Assembly: GCA_965223705.1 (NCBI GenBank)
Contig: OZ245015.1
Span: forward strand, 4,416,001 to 4,480,000
DNA: 64,000 nucleotides
Direction: 5' to 3'
Source of the DNA: Myxococcota bacterium
GTDB taxonomy: Bacteria > Myxococcota_A > UBA9160 > UBA6930
Program-made: the position numbers and the translations under genes
Part shown: positions 47,869 through 57,984 of the stretch, in pieces
How positions within the stretch are numbered: the first letter of the stretch is position 1
Layout of the letters: the number at the start of each line of letters is the position of its first letter
The notes under the pieces: generated by a model
Seen by the model: the letters and a program-made list of their open reading frames with translations, nothing else
The model's database searches: none
Told to the model about the DNA's origin: nothing

Positions 47869-50025
47869 GTGCAGGACCCGTTGCGAGACGCGGCAGCGGA
47901 CGACGAGATCCACGCGATCGTCCGCGAAGAACTCGACCTACTGGCCGATGTCACGAACCGGCTCGAGAACAGCCCCGCCGAGGTCGCTCCCTCGGAAGAC
48001 AACCTCGTTCGAGAGCTCGAGGTCATCCGGGATCAGCTGCTACGCGGCAAGCTCGATTTCTATGAACGCTCCGCTCTGTCGACGCGCTGGAACGTTCAGT
48101 CGGCGCTGCTCAAGCGGCTGCGTGAAAACCGCGCGGCGCCGAAAGTCGATCCGTCCTCGCCGTACTTCGCACACCTGAGGCTCCGGGAAGCGGGTCGCAC
48201 ACGCGAAGTGTGCATCGGTCGCGCGACGTGCTTGAGCAATGGCCTGCGCATTGTCGACTGGAGGCACGCGCCGATCGCACGGATCTTCTACCGGTATCGG
48301 CAGGAGGAAGAGTACGAAGAAGAAGTGAGCGGAAAACTGCGGACCGGGCACGTGCTGGCCCGCAGGACGGTTGCGATCCGCAGCGCGCGGCTCGAGCGCG
48401 TCGACGCGCCGGAGGGAAGCTTCGCGACGTCCCCCCAGTCGGGTTGGTCGCGCCTCGCTACGTCTGGAGCGAGACTGACCGGCGGCGAAGGAGTGGCCCT
48501 TCGTTTCCATCAAGGTGGCAGCGGCGTCGATCGTCGGCTGGGCACCGACGTCTCGGGAAACGAGCAACGCCTCGATCGCCGGCTGCCGGACATCGCGGGG
48601 CTCATCGATCCGGAACAGTTCGCTCTGATCGCCCGTCCTTCCGCGGGGTTCGTGGCCATTCGCGGCGCCGCCGGCTCGGGCAAGACGACGGTCGCCCTCC
48701 ATCGGATCGCCTACCTCGCGTACGAAGATCCGCGTATCGACTCCCCGGAAACCCTGTTCGTCGTGTTTTCCCGAGCTCTTCGAGACTACGTGGCGCACGT
48801 GCTCCCCGCGCTCGGTGTCCCGAACGCGAAGATGAGCACATTTCAAGATTGGGCGGCCACCCAGCGGCGAGCACTCTTTGCCGACCTTCCGGTTACACCG
48901 AGAGAAGACACGCCCGCCGCCGTGCAGCGGCTCAAATTGCACCCACTCTTGGGACAAGCTCTCGAAGAGCACGTTCGACTCCAGCCGGGACCCAAAACGC
49001 CCGCGCAGGCTTTCGACGACTGGGCGAGCGTACTGACGAACGAAGAACGTCTCGTCGACTTGTTCTCTCGCGAGGCGCCCGATGCCTTGTCTCCGGAACG
49101 GATTCGCGACGCGTGCCGATGGTCGCGGGCGCGCTACGAAGAGCTCAGCGCGTGGCTCGCCGGTGACCGAAACGCTGACGCCGCCCTCGACCCCGAGGAC
49201 GACGCTCTGTTGTTGCGCGCGTGGCAACTCCGTGTCGGACCGATTCCCACGGCGGGAGGCCACCCGCTGCGCTACCGGCACGTCGCGATCGACGAAGTAC
49301 AGGACTTCTCCCCCAACGAAGTCCGCGTGCTGCTCGACTGCGTCGACGAGCACAAGAGCCTGACCTTGGCCGGCGACACGCAGCAGCACATCGTGCAGGG
49401 CTCGGGGTTCACGTCGTGGGAGCGATTCTTCGGTGACCTCGGCATCGGCGGAACGGAGGTCAGCACGCTTCAGGTGAGCTACCGATCGTCCCGGTCGATC
49501 ACCGGGTTCGCGCTGGCCGTTCTCGGCGACGCACGAGACCCGCATTCGGAAGTGACGACGACCCGCGACGGCCCGCCGGTCGAGTGTTTTCAGTTCACGG
49601 ATGAAGGAGCGAGCGTCGCGTTCTTGAGCGAAGCGCTCATCGCGCTGACCGACACGGAACCGATGGCCTCCGTCGCCCTCCTCACGCCTTCACCCGAAAC
49701 CAGCGAGCTCTATTGGCGCGGTCTCGAGCAAAGCGACGTCCCGCGGCTGCGCCACGTAAAGAATCAGGATTTCCGGTTTAGCCCTGGCATCGAAGTCACG
49801 GAAATCGAACAAGCGAAAGGGCTCGAGTTCGATTACGTGATCGTTCTCGACGCCGACGAAGAGCATTTCCCGGACGATCTCGCGCACCGGCGTCTCCTAC
49901 ACGTCGGCGCCACCCGGGCCATCCACCAACTTTGGCTGGTGCACACGCGCCCGGTGTCGCCGGTCGTCGCCGAAGCCATCGCCGACACCCAGCGCCAGCG
50001 CGAAGATTGCGAGGAGCCGAAGTGA
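47869..50025 (+). CDS. HelD-like SF1 (UvrD-family) ATPase
   Basis: SPYFAHL, IVDWRHAP, GAAGSGKTTVALHRIAYL, IDEVQD, GDTQQ, KGLEFD, VGATRA. Confidence 0.85.
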   Translation: MQDPLRDAAADDEIHAIVREELDLLADVTNRLENSPAEVAPSEDNLVRELEVIRDQLLRGKLDFYERSALSTRWNVQSALLKRLRENRAAPKVDPSSPYFAHLRLREAGRTREVCIGRATCLSNGLRIVDWRHAPIARIFYRYRQEEEYEEEVSGKLRTGHVLARRTVAIRSARLERVDAPEGSFATSPQSGWSRLATSGARLTGGEGVALRFHQGGSGVDRRLGTDVSGNEQRLDRRLPDIAGLIDPEQFALIARPSAGFVAIRGAAGSGKTTVALHRIAYLAYEDPRIDSPETLFVVFSRALRDYVAHVLPALGVPNAKMSTFQDWAATQRRALFADLPVTPREDTPAAVQRLKLHPLLGQALEEHVRLQPGPKTPAQAFDDWASVLTNEERLVDLFSREAPDALSPERIRDACRWSRARYEELSAWLAGDRNADAALDPEDDALLLRAWQLRVGPIPTAGGHPLRYRHVAIDEVQDFSPNEVRVLLDCVDEHKSLTLAGDTQQHIVQGSGFTSWERFFGDLGIGGTEVSTLQVSYRSSRSITGFALAVLGDARDPHSEVTTTRDGPPVECFQFTDEGASVAFLSEALIALTDTEPMASVALLTPSPETSELYWRGLEQSDVPRLRHVKNQDFRFSPGIEVTEIEQAKGLEFDYVIVLDADEEHFPDDLAHRRLLHVGATRAIHQLWLVHTRPVSPVVAEAIADTQRQREDCEEPK

Positions 50026-50372
50026 CAGAGCTCGCCGACCGACCTTGCCCCGCGTGCCGCAAAGATTCCCCGCGGATTGTCGGCGAACCGCTACGGATCG
50101 CGGTCGAGGAGCTCGGCGGTGGTTGGCAGGCCCAGCACGACCACCATCTGGAGAAACGGTTCCCGTTCCCGGATTTCGCGACGGCCTTGCGCTTCGTGAA
50201 CCGCGTCGGCGCCCTCGCGGAAGAGGTCGATCACCACCCGGATCTCTGGCTGCGCTGGGGCGAGGTTCGGATCTCGATCTGGAGCCACGTGATCGACGGG
50301 ATCTCCGAGACCGACGTGGTGTTCGCGGCACGGGTCGAGCGGATCTTCAAGGAGATGAAGGAGGCCTCCTAG
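50022..50372 (+). CDS. Pterin-4-alpha-carbinolamine dehydratase
   Basis: FPDFATALRFVN, AEEVDHHPDL, WSHVIDGISETD; GTG overlapping the upstream stop. Confidence 0.88.
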   Translation: MTELADRPCPACRKDSPRIVGEPLRIAVEELGGGWQAQHDHHLEKRFPFPDFATALRFVNRVGALAEEVDHHPDLWLRWGEVRISIWSHVIDGISETDVVFAARVERIFKEMKEAS

Positions 50373-50402
50373 GCCTCTTGCCAAGCGAGCTAAGCTCTCG
50401 CA

Positions 50403-51008
50403 ATGGCCACTTTGGAATTCTTCTTCGATTGTTCGAGCCCCTGGACGTATCTCGCTTTCCATGAGATCGAAGCATTGGCCGACGAGACCGGCGCGTCCCT
50501 CGTCTGGAAACCCTTCCTGGTCGGCGGCGTCTTCAATACGGTGAACCCCAGTGTCTATCAATCCCGCGAAACACCGGTGCCCGCCAAGGCGTCCTACATG
50601 CGCAAGGATCTGGCCGACTGGGCCCGGTACCGCGGCATCGAGATCGGCTGGCCCGAGGTATTCCCCGTGAACAGTGTCAAGGCGATGCGCGGCGCTTTCG
50701 TCGCGATCGAAGAGGGTTGCATCGGCCGCTACGCCCGCGCCGTGTTCGAGCGCTACTGGGGCCGGCTCGATGACATTTCCCAAGAAGGGGTCCTGCGGGA
50801 GATCGTGGCCGAGGTCGGGCTGGACGAAGCGAAATTTTTCGAGAAGATTGCAACTCCGGAATACAAGAATCGGCTCCGAGAGAACACCGAGGAGTTGATC
50901 ACGCGCGGGGGCTTCGGCACTCCGACGATGTTCGTCGACCACGACGATATGTATTTCGGCCAAGATCGACTCGAGCTGGTCCGCAACGCGTTGTCGGGCC
51001 GTCCCTGA
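50403..51008 (+). CDS. 2-hydroxychromene-2-carboxylate isomerase / GST-kappa (DsbA family)
   Basis: FFFDCSSPWTY, FPVNS, GGFGTPT, YFGQDRL. Confidence 0.9.
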   Translation: MATLEFFFDCSSPWTYLAFHEIEALADETGASLVWKPFLVGGVFNTVNPSVYQSRETPVPAKASYMRKDLADWARYRGIEIGWPEVFPVNSVKAMRGAFVAIEEGCIGRYARAVFERYWGRLDDISQEGVLREIVAEVGLDEAKFFEKIATPEYKNRLRENTEELITRGGFGTPTMFVDHDDMYFGQDRLELVRNALSGRP

Positions 51009-51015
51009 GGAACGC

Positions 51016-52032
51016 ATGTCGAAATCGAACGGAAGAACCATCGCGGTCGTCGGAGCGACCGGCGCCGTCGGCGAGGTCCTCCTCGGGATCCTCGAGGAGC
51101 GCGCCTTTCCGGTCGACGCGCTCAGACCGCTCGCCAGTCGAGCCGATGGGCGCACCGTCCGCTTTCGGGGTGAGGACATCCCCGTCGAGGAGACGCGCCC
51201 GGAAGCGTTCGACGGCGTCGATTTCGCGTTTTTCGCGGCGACGGGCTCGCTGTCCAAAACCCTGGCGCCCGAGGTCGCGAAGCGAGGCGGGGTGGCCATC
51301 GACAAGTCGAGCACCTGGCGACTCGACGCCTCGGTCCCGCTGGTCGTCCCCGAAATCAACCCCGACGCCCTCGAAGGGCATCGGGGCATCGTCTCCTGCC
51401 CGAACTGTACGACCATCGGGTTCGTGATGGCGCTTGAGCCGATCCGGCGCGCAGCTGGCCTCCGAAGCGTCGTCGTGACGACGCTGCAAGCGGTGAGCGG
51501 CGCCGGCAAACCGGGCGTCGAAGAGCTCGACCGACAGCTCGCGGAGATTGCAGACGGCAAAGAACCCGTGGCGAAGCAGTTCGCGGCGCCGATCGCGATG
51601 AACGTGGTTCCTTTGTGCGAGAACTTTCGCGACGACGGCTACTCGAGCGAAGAAGTGAAGCTCTTGTTCGAGACGCGCAAGATCCTCCGCGACGACGACC
51701 TCGACGTCACGATGACGTGCGTCCGAGTGCCGGTCCCGGTCGGCCACTCCGCATCGGTACTCATCGAGACCGAAAAACCGCTCGGAGCCGACGAAGCGCG
51801 GGCCGCGTGCGCGGCATTCCCGGGCGTCAAAGTCGTCGATGACACCGAGAACAACGTCTTCCCGACGCCCCGAGACGTCGAAGGAGACGATGCCGTGCTG
51901 GTCGGACGCATTCGGCGCGACCTCGGCAGCGACCGTTTGTGGCTCTGGCAGGTCTCCGACAACTTGCGCAAAGGTGCGGCGACCAACGCGGTGCAAATCG
52001 CCGAGGAAATGATGCGCCGAGGTCTCCGCTAA
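51016..52032 (+). CDS. asd: Aspartate-semialdehyde dehydrogenase
   Basis: VVGATGAVG, PLVVPEIN, PNCTT, QAVSGAG, CVRVPVPVGHS, DNLRKGAATNAVQIAE. Confidence 0.95.
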   Translation: MSKSNGRTIAVVGATGAVGEVLLGILEERAFPVDALRPLASRADGRTVRFRGEDIPVEETRPEAFDGVDFAFFAATGSLSKTLAPEVAKRGGVAIDKSSTWRLDASVPLVVPEINPDALEGHRGIVSCPNCTTIGFVMALEPIRRAAGLRSVVVTTLQAVSGAGKPGVEELDRQLAEIADGKEPVAKQFAAPIAMNVVPLCENFRDDGYSSEEVKLLFETRKILRDDDLDVTMTCVRVPVPVGHSASVLIETEKPLGADEARAACAAFPGVKVVDDTENNVFPTPRDVEGDDAVLVGRIRRDLGSDRLWLWQVSDNLRKGAATNAVQIAEEMMRRGLR

Positions 52033-52038
52033 GCGGCG

Positions 52039-52452
52039 ATGGCGGGCCGCTACGAGCCGCTGCTGGTCGTCGGCAAGTACGCGCTCTTCCAGATCCCGGG
52101 AATCGCTTTTGCGGTGGCCGTCGCCTGGTGGGCGCATCGTTCGTGGGGCCTTCCAGCTCACTGGGCCATCGCCGGCGTCGCGGGGTGGATCCTGAAAGAC
52201 GCGGCGCTCTTTCCGTTCGTGCGCCACGCGTATGCGATTTCCGGCGGAAAAGCAGCGACACCGGAAATCGGCTCTCTCGTCGTCGCGAACGAGCGCATTG
52301 ACCCGTGCGGTTACGTACGAGTCGGCGCGGAGTTGTGGCGCGCCGAGCTACAGCCCGGCGCCGCGCCGCTCGCCGAAGGCGATTCCGGGCGGATCTGCGG
52401 AGTTCGCGGCCTCACGCTCTTGGTGGAGCCCGAAGCCGGGACCTCGTCCTAG
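52039..52452 (+). CDS. NfeD-like C-terminal OB-fold membrane protein
   Basis: N-terminal TMs; GYVRVGAELWRA...VRGLTLLVEP. Confidence 0.75.
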   Translation: MAGRYEPLLVVGKYALFQIPGIAFAVAVAWWAHRSWGLPAHWAIAGVAGWILKDAALFPFVRHAYAISGGKAATPEIGSLVVANERIDPCGYVRVGAELWRAELQPGAAPLAEGDSGRICGVRGLTLLVEPEAGTSS

Positions 52453-52712
52453 TGCCCGAGCACGATGCGCGAGATCTCGGTCAGGTGCGAGACGCGCTCT
52501 TCGCGTTGCTCCGTGAGCTCGTCGGGCACAGCGAAATCGAACGCGCCTTCGGTGGCCAACCGCTCGACACCTTGCGCCGCCGCAGTCACGTTTTCGAGAG
52601 CCAGCGCTTCGAGCTCAGCGAGCGCCCCCGCGAGCTCCAGGTCGGCAACGTTCCGCGCGACGAAGTCCTTCAAGAGACCGGCCGAGCGGCGGAACTCCCC
52701 CCGGACCGACAT
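52449..52712 (-). CDS. Small hypothetical protein
   Basis: 87-aa helical ORF 3 nt downstream of the nitroreductase, filling the gap. Confidence 0.6.
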   Translation of the reverse strand: MSVRGEFRRSAGLLKDFVARNVADLELAGALAELEALALENVTAAAQGVERLATEGAFDFAVPDELTEQREERVSHLTEISRIVLGH

Positions 52713-52715
52713 GAT

Positions 52716-53360
52716 CTACCACTGGTCCCAGTGGGTCACGGCACTCGCCGGAACGCGCGGAGCGGGCTTGAAATCGTCGCCCGTGAAGTAGGCGAGCGGC
52801 AACAGCGCCGCCTGCGTAATGCCCGGCGGGATACCCAAGATCTCGGCGGTTTCGGCTTCTTTGACGAGGTGCAAGGTCGTCCAGGCGCTGCCGATCCCGC
52901 GGGCGCGTGCCGCCAGCATGAAGGACCAGACCGCGGGAAGGATCGAGCCGTAGGTCGAAGCTTGGCGCGCCACGGGTTCCCGTTCGACGCGCGCTTCGAA
53001 GCACGGAATAAAGTAAACCGGAGCTTCGTGAAAATGCTCGGCGAGATAGGACGCGGAATCCATCACGCGGGGTAGCGCGGCCGCGCGCGGATCGTCCCGG
53101 TCGTAGGACGCGCGCGGTTGTTGGATGTAGCCGGCGAACACTTCGCGATAGAGCTCGGCGATCTTTCGGCGCTTTTCAGCATCTTCGACGAACACGAACT
53201 GCCATTCCTGGCGATTTCCGCCACTCGGCGCCTGCAGCGCGATATCGAGACACGTCTCGAGGACATCGCGCGGAATCGGCCGCGAAAAATCCAGGCGTTT
53301 TCTGACCGAGCGCGTCGTTCGCAGAATGTGGTCGACGGATCCGAGATCGAAACTCGCCAT
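52716..53360 (-). CDS. Nitroreductase family protein
   Basis: TTRSVRKRLD, QAPSGGNRQ, LAARARGIGSAWTT. Confidence 0.9.
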   Translation of the reverse strand: MASFDLGSVDHILRTTRSVRKRLDFSRPIPRDVLETCLDIALQAPSGGNRQEWQFVFVEDAEKRRKIAELYREVFAGYIQQPRASYDRDDPRAAALPRVMDSASYLAEHFHEAPVYFIPCFEARVEREPVARQASTYGSILPAVWSFMLAARARGIGSAWTTLHLVKEAETAEILGIPPGITQAALLPLAYFTGDDFKPAPRVPASAVTHWDQW

Positions 53361-53362
53361 GA

Positions 53363-54427
53363 CTAAAGCTCCGACGGGCTGAAGCCGTAGGCTTCCGCCA
53401 TATCGCGATCGCGGCTCGCAATCACTCGCGCAAGACCGACCATCACGCGACACTGCTTCACCGTGGCGTCGTCTTGCATCTTGCCGTCGAGCATCACCGC
53501 CCCGGTTCCGTCGCCCATCGCTTCGAGAACGCGCTTGGCCCAGGCGACTTCGTCGGGCGGCGGACTGAACACGTTGCGCGCGATGTCGATCTGCACGGGG
53601 TGAAGCGACCAAGCTCCGACGCAGCCCAAGATGAACGCGTTGCGGAACTGATCCTCGCACGCCTGGGTGTCGGCGATATCGCCGAAGGGACCGTAGAACG
53701 GAAGGGCACCGGTGGCGGTACACGCGTCGACCATGCGCGCCATCGTGTAGTGCCACAAGTCCTGCTGCATCGCGGGGCGCTCCGCCTCTTCATTGTCGGG
53801 GTCCGGATCTTTCCGCACGACGTAGCCGGGGTGACCGCCCCCGACGCGCGTTGTCTTCATGCGGCGGGACGCAGCGAGATCTGCGGGTCCAAGACTCATC
53901 CCCTGCATGCGCGGGCTCGCCGCCGCGATCTCCTCCACGTTGGCCACGCCGAGGGCCGTCTCGAGAATCGCGTGGATGAGTATGGGTCGACTGAGACCGG
54001 CGCGGGCTTCGAGCTGTGCGAGTAACTGATCGACAAAGTGGATGTTCCACGGCCCTTCGACCTTCGGGATCATCAAAACTTCCACCTTGTCCCCGATCTC
54101 GCCGACGATCCGCGTCATGTCGTCGAGAAACCACGGGCTGTCGAGGCTGTTTACGCGACTCCACAACTGGGTATCTCCGAAATCGTTCTCCGACGCGATC
54201 TTGATCAGCCCCTCGCGCGCGGCGACTTTGTTGTCGGCCTGGACGGCGTCCTCGAGGTTCCCCAACAGGATGTCGACCTTCGCCGCAATGCCCGAGATCT
54301 TCGCCGCCATCCGCTCGTTGCTCGGATCGAAGAAATGGATCATCCGCGAGGGTTTGAGCGGAATCTCGCTGACCGGCGGCGGCGCACCGATCGCCAGGGG
54401 CTTCAGAAAATCGCGGGGGCTACGCAT
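53363..54427 (-). CDS. mcl: Malyl-CoA/beta-methylmalyl-CoA/citramalyl-CoA lyase, Chloroflexus type (CitE/HpcH superfamily)
   Basis: [58 protein letters not shown]; closely resembles C. aurantiacus Mcl as I recall it. Confidence 0.82.
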   Translation of the reverse strand: MRSPRDFLKPLAIGAPPPVSEIPLKPSRMIHFFDPSNERMAAKISGIAAKVDILLGNLEDAVQADNKVAAREGLIKIASENDFGDTQLWSRVNSLDSPWFLDDMTRIVGEIGDKVEVLMIPKVEGPWNIHFVDQLLAQLEARAGLSRPILIHAILETALGVANVEEIAAASPRMQGMSLGPADLAASRRMKTTRVGGGHPGYVVRKDPDPDNEEAERPAMQQDLWHYTMARMVDACTATGALPFYGPFGDIADTQACEDQFRNAFILGCVGAWSLHPVQIDIARNVFSPPPDEVAWAKRVLEAMGDGTGAVMLDGKMQDDATVKQCRVMVGLARVIASRDRDMAEAYGFSPSEL

Positions 54428-54486
54428 GGGGGCTCCTCAAGAATCGCATCGCGCTGTTTTTTGAGTGGAGGCGGGAGCTTAGCGCG

Positions 54487-55884
54487 CTAGAAGGCCGCGT
54501 AACCGGGCACCCGCGGAAAAGGGATCACGTCGCGAATGTTCGTCATACCCGTCAAGAGCTGAACCAGGCGCTCGAAGCCCAACCCGAAGCCGGCGTGCGG
54601 CACGGAGCCGTGGCGCCGGAGATCCAGATACCATTCGTAGTTCTCGAGCGGGAGGCCGTGACCTTCGATCCGGCGAACGAGGACGTCGTGACGGTGCTCC
54701 CGCTGCGACCCCCCGATGATCTCGCCGATGCGCGGAACCAAGACATCCATCGCGCGAACGGTTCGGTCATCGTCGTTCGCGTACATATAGAAGGCCTTGA
54801 TGCCTTTCGGGTAGTCCGTCACCACGACCGGTCCGCCGACGTGCTCCTCGCTCAAATACCGCTCGTGCTCGCTCTGCAGATCGATCCCCCACGAAACGGG
54901 GAATTCGAAGGGCGCGCCGCAGGACTCGAGAACCTCGATCGCTTCGGTGTACGTGAGGTGCGTAAAGGGAGTGTCGGCGATGTTGCGAAGGGTTTCGAGC
55001 ACCGTCTGGTCGATTCTCTGATTGAAAAACTCGAGGTCTTCGGCGCACGTCTCGAGAACGGACGCCACGACTTCGCGTAGAAAAGCTTCCGCGACTTCTG
55101 CGTCGCGCGCGAGATCGCAAAACGCCATCTCGGGCTCGACCATCCAAAACTCCGCGAGGTGGCGGCTCGTATTCGAGTTCTCCGCGCGAAACGTCGGTCC
55201 GAAGGTGTACACGTCCTGAAGCGCCAATGCGCCGATCTCCGCTTCGAGCTGCCCGGACACGGTGAGGTGCGCTTCTTCTCCGAAGAAGTCTTGCGCCCAA
55301 TCAATTTTCCCGTCGCTCCGCGGCGGGTTCTCGGCGTCGAGAGACGACACGCGAAACATCTCTCCCGCACCCTCGGCGTCGGACAGCGTGATGATCGGCG
55401 AATGGAGGTACAGAAACCCCCGTCGCTGAAAGAAGTCGTGGATCGCTCGGGACGCCGCGTTTCGCACGCGCCACACGGCACCGATGGTGTTCGTTCGCGG
55501 ACGCAGGTGTGCCACCGTGCGCAAAAACTCGAAGCTGTGGCGTTTCTTCTGGAGCGGATAATCGTCGCCGACGGTTCCGACGACATCGACGCGCGTGGCT
55601 TGCACTTCATACCGTTGGCCCTTGCCCGGTGAATCGACGAGTTCGCCCCACACCTCGACCGCGCATCCTGTGCGCAGGGCCTTGACCTCGCTCTCGTAGT
55701 TCGCCGCGTCGGGGGAGGCGACCACCTGAATTCCCGACATGCACGAACCGTCGGTCAAATCGAGGAACGAGACGCCCTTCGCGTGTCGCGCGCTGCGAAG
55801 CCAACCGCGCACGCGGACGGTGCCCCCCGCCCGATCCCGCTCGAGCACGCTCGCGATACGCGAAGCAGCGATCTTTTCTGCCAT
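54487..55884 (-). CDS. asnS: Asparagine--tRNA ligase
   Basis: [48 protein letters not shown]. Confidence 0.96.
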   Translation of the reverse strand: MAEKIAASRIASVLERDRAGGTVRVRGWLRSARHAKGVSFLDLTDGSCMSGIQVVASPDAANYESEVKALRTGCAVEVWGELVDSPGKGQRYEVQATRVDVVGTVGDDYPLQKKRHSFEFLRTVAHLRPRTNTIGAVWRVRNAASRAIHDFFQRRGFLYLHSPIITLSDAEGAGEMFRVSSLDAENPPRSDGKIDWAQDFFGEEAHLTVSGQLEAEIGALALQDVYTFGPTFRAENSNTSRHLAEFWMVEPEMAFCDLARDAEVAEAFLREVVASVLETCAEDLEFFNQRIDQTVLETLRNIADTPFTHLTYTEAIEVLESCGAPFEFPVSWGIDLQSEHERYLSEEHVGGPVVVTDYPKGIKAFYMYANDDDRTVRAMDVLVPRIGEIIGGSQREHRHDVLVRRIEGHGLPLENYEWYLDLRRHGSVPHAGFGLGFERLVQLLTGMTNIRDVIPFPRVPGYAAF

Positions 55885-55935
55885 CGGCCCCCCTGCCTCA
55901 CGAAGTATAACGACCGGTTGCTACCTTAAACGGCT

Positions 55936-56799
55936 ATGCCGTGGTCGCTTCGTTCAGTGCGTTCGTCCGTCGTGTGGCTCGCGACCGGCGCGCTGCTGTT
56001 CGCCATCGCAGGCCACACAGAAGAGCGACGCATCGAGTTGTACGAACCGCGAGCGCGAGTCGCCGACGAACTCCTCCCGCTCGCGCGCGCGGTCCTCGGA
56101 GGGGAAGGAGAAGCGGTCGTCGACTCCGGGACCGGCCAGCTCCTGCTGATCGGTCCGCCGGCGCGTGTCGGCGAAGCGCTCGCGATCCTCGAGCAGCAGG
56201 ATCGCCGACTCGCGCAGTACGAAGTCCACTACGAGTCGCGCACGGAGGCCGAGCTCGAATCGGCCGGGGCGAGCGTGGTTTGGCGAGCCGGCGGGCGCGG
56301 CCCGCGGATCGGTGTCCTCGGAAACGGCGTTCGAGTGCGCGGGGGGCGGCTGCGCGCGTCGGGCGGAATCCGCGCCGCCGATCGGGGCGAAAGCTTCTCG
56401 GGCATGCTTCGAATCGAAGAGGGCCGCACTGGAGAGATCGCGACGGGCAGCGCCTTTCCGGTCGATCTCTTCGGCACCGGGGCTTTCGGTTACCCGCGCG
56501 TCGAGACCGTTTACGTCGAAACCCAGCGGGGTTTCTCTGTCACGGCGCGTGGTGTCGGAGAAGGACGTGTCGAAGTGTCCCTCGCGCCCATCGACGAACG
56601 GCCGCTGGGAAACGGCGCCGTCGAGCGCACGGCGGCAGCGACGCAGGTCACCGTGATGCCGGGCGAGACGGTCGTATTCGCTCGCGCTGCGACCGACTCC
56701 GAGCACCGCGGGAGTCGAATCGGCACGGCGACGCGTTACCGCGCGGGCCGCGACCTCGACGAGCGGGTGCTGCTGTTGCGCGTCGAGCGGGTCGACTAG
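55936..56799 (+). CDS. Secretin N-terminal (NolW-like) domain protein / mini-secretin
   Basis: Signal peptide; ADELLP...QLLLIGPP...LEQQDR KH-like N domain; reduced secretin-like strands (GFSVTAR, TQVTVMPGETVV). Confidence 0.65.
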   Translation: MPWSLRSVRSSVVWLATGALLFAIAGHTEERRIELYEPRARVADELLPLARAVLGGEGEAVVDSGTGQLLLIGPPARVGEALAILEQQDRRLAQYEVHYESRTEAELESAGASVVWRAGGRGPRIGVLGNGVRVRGGRLRASGGIRAADRGESFSGMLRIEEGRTGEIATGSAFPVDLFGTGAFGYPRVETVYVETQRGFSVTARGVGEGRVEVSLAPIDERPLGNGAVERTAAATQVTVMPGETVVFARAATDSEHRGSRIGTATRYRAGRDLDERVLLLRVERVD

Positions 56800-57713
56800 G
56801 CGTTCGCGTGGATATCCATGACTTCGTGAAGGAGCTCGATGGCTTCGCCCTTCGGCCGCTGGAACGAGTTGCGTCCCATGATCGAGCCGAAACCGCCGCC
56901 CTCGGCAATCCCGCGGATCTCTTCGAGGATCGCGTCACGCCCCTTCGCAGGGCCGCCCGAGAAAATGACGATACGCCGTCCGTTGAATGCACTCTGCACG
57001 ACGTGGCGGACCCGGTCGGCCAACGTGTCGATCGGAATCCCCTCCGCCTCGTAGACCTTGCGGGCGGCGTCCTGCTCGATGTTCGCCTCAGGCGGTTTCA
57101 CTTTGATGACGTGTGCGCCGAGCTGTGCCGCGATTTGCGCGGCATAGGCGACGACATCGACTGCGGTCTCCCCTTCCTTCGAGATTCCCGAACCTCGAGG
57201 GTATGACCAGACCACAACCGCCAAGCCCTTTCGCTTCGCTTCTTCCGTCAGCTCCCGAAGCTGCCCGTACATGTCGTTGCGCTGGGCGGAGGCGGGGTAG
57301 ATCGTGAAGCCGATTGCCGCGCAACCCAGGCGGAGTGCTTCGTCGACGCTGCCGGTCAACGCCGAGCACGGATCGCTCCCGCCGAAGAGCGAGTCGGAGT
57401 TGTTGAGCTTGAGGATCAGCGGGACGTCACCCGCGAACTCCGCGGCCGCGGCCTCCAGGAAGCCGAGGGGTGCGGCGTAGGCATTGCAGCCCGCCTCGAC
57501 CGCGAGCTCGAAGTGATACCGCGGATCGTAGCCCGAGGGATTCTTCGCGAAGCTGCGCGCCGGGCCGTGCTCGAAGCCCTGGTCGACGGGCAGGATGACG
57601 AGCTTACCGGTGCCTCCGAGGCGCCCGTGGTTCAGAAGGCGAGCCAGGTTGGTCAGTGTTCCGGGGCTGTCGGAGCTGTACCAGCTGAGGATTTCTTTGA
57701 CGCGTTTGGTCAT
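56796..57713 (-). CDS. fbaB: Class I fructose-bisphosphate aldolase (DhnA/FbaB type)
   Basis: ILPVDQGFEHGP, WSYPRG, HVIKVK, FSGG, MGRNSFQR. Confidence 0.92.
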   Translation of the reverse strand: MTKRVKEILSWYSSDSPGTLTNLARLLNHGRLGGTGKLVILPVDQGFEHGPARSFAKNPSGYDPRYHFELAVEAGCNAYAAPLGFLEAAAAEFAGDVPLILKLNNSDSLFGGSDPCSALTGSVDEALRLGCAAIGFTIYPASAQRNDMYGQLRELTEEAKRKGLAVVVWSYPRGSGISKEGETAVDVVAYAAQIAAQLGAHVIKVKPPEANIEQDAARKVYEAEGIPIDTLADRVRHVVQSAFNGRRIVIFSGGPAKGRDAILEEIRGIAEGGGFGSIMGRNSFQRPKGEAIELLHEVMDIHANA

Positions 57714-57855
57714 TCTGGAGACTCCCGTGGGGACAAATTGCTCCCACCGCACGTTTCGGCGGGTCGAGCGTATCGCGTGAGGCTTCCACCGGGAAACGCG
57801 GTGGATGGGCTTCGAAAAACGGCTGGGCAGAGCGGCCGTGATCGTCTGCGGCGGC

Positions 57856-57884
57856 ATTATCGGGGCCCCCCCGTAGCCTTGCAA
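57856..57884 (-). promoter_or_regulatory. Sigma70-type promoter for fbaB
   Basis: Minus strand TTGCAA (57884-79), 17 nt, GATAAT (57861-56). Confidence 0.55.
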
Positions 57885-57984
57885 CCCCGGCCCCTCTGCC
57901 GGGGTCTATGACGCACAACGCCAGAGACCGGCATTCCAAGGGCAGGATCCCTAAGATGCCGGCTCCGAAAACGCGGGGGGTTTC

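Noticed and set aside
6920..54427. Autotrophic CO2-fixation pathway (AbfD + Mcl + MaoC)
   Set aside because: The genes are unlinked and belong to different cycles, and no carboxylase or malonyl-CoA reductase is present in the window.
2830..57884. Long N-terminal extensions in the ORF track (2830, 3503, 6019, 6485, 36288, 37909, 40571, 46553, 53756, 57884) as gene fusions
   Set aside because: The extensions overlap neighbouring genuine genes or promoters; homology-like sequence starts at the downstream starts I used.
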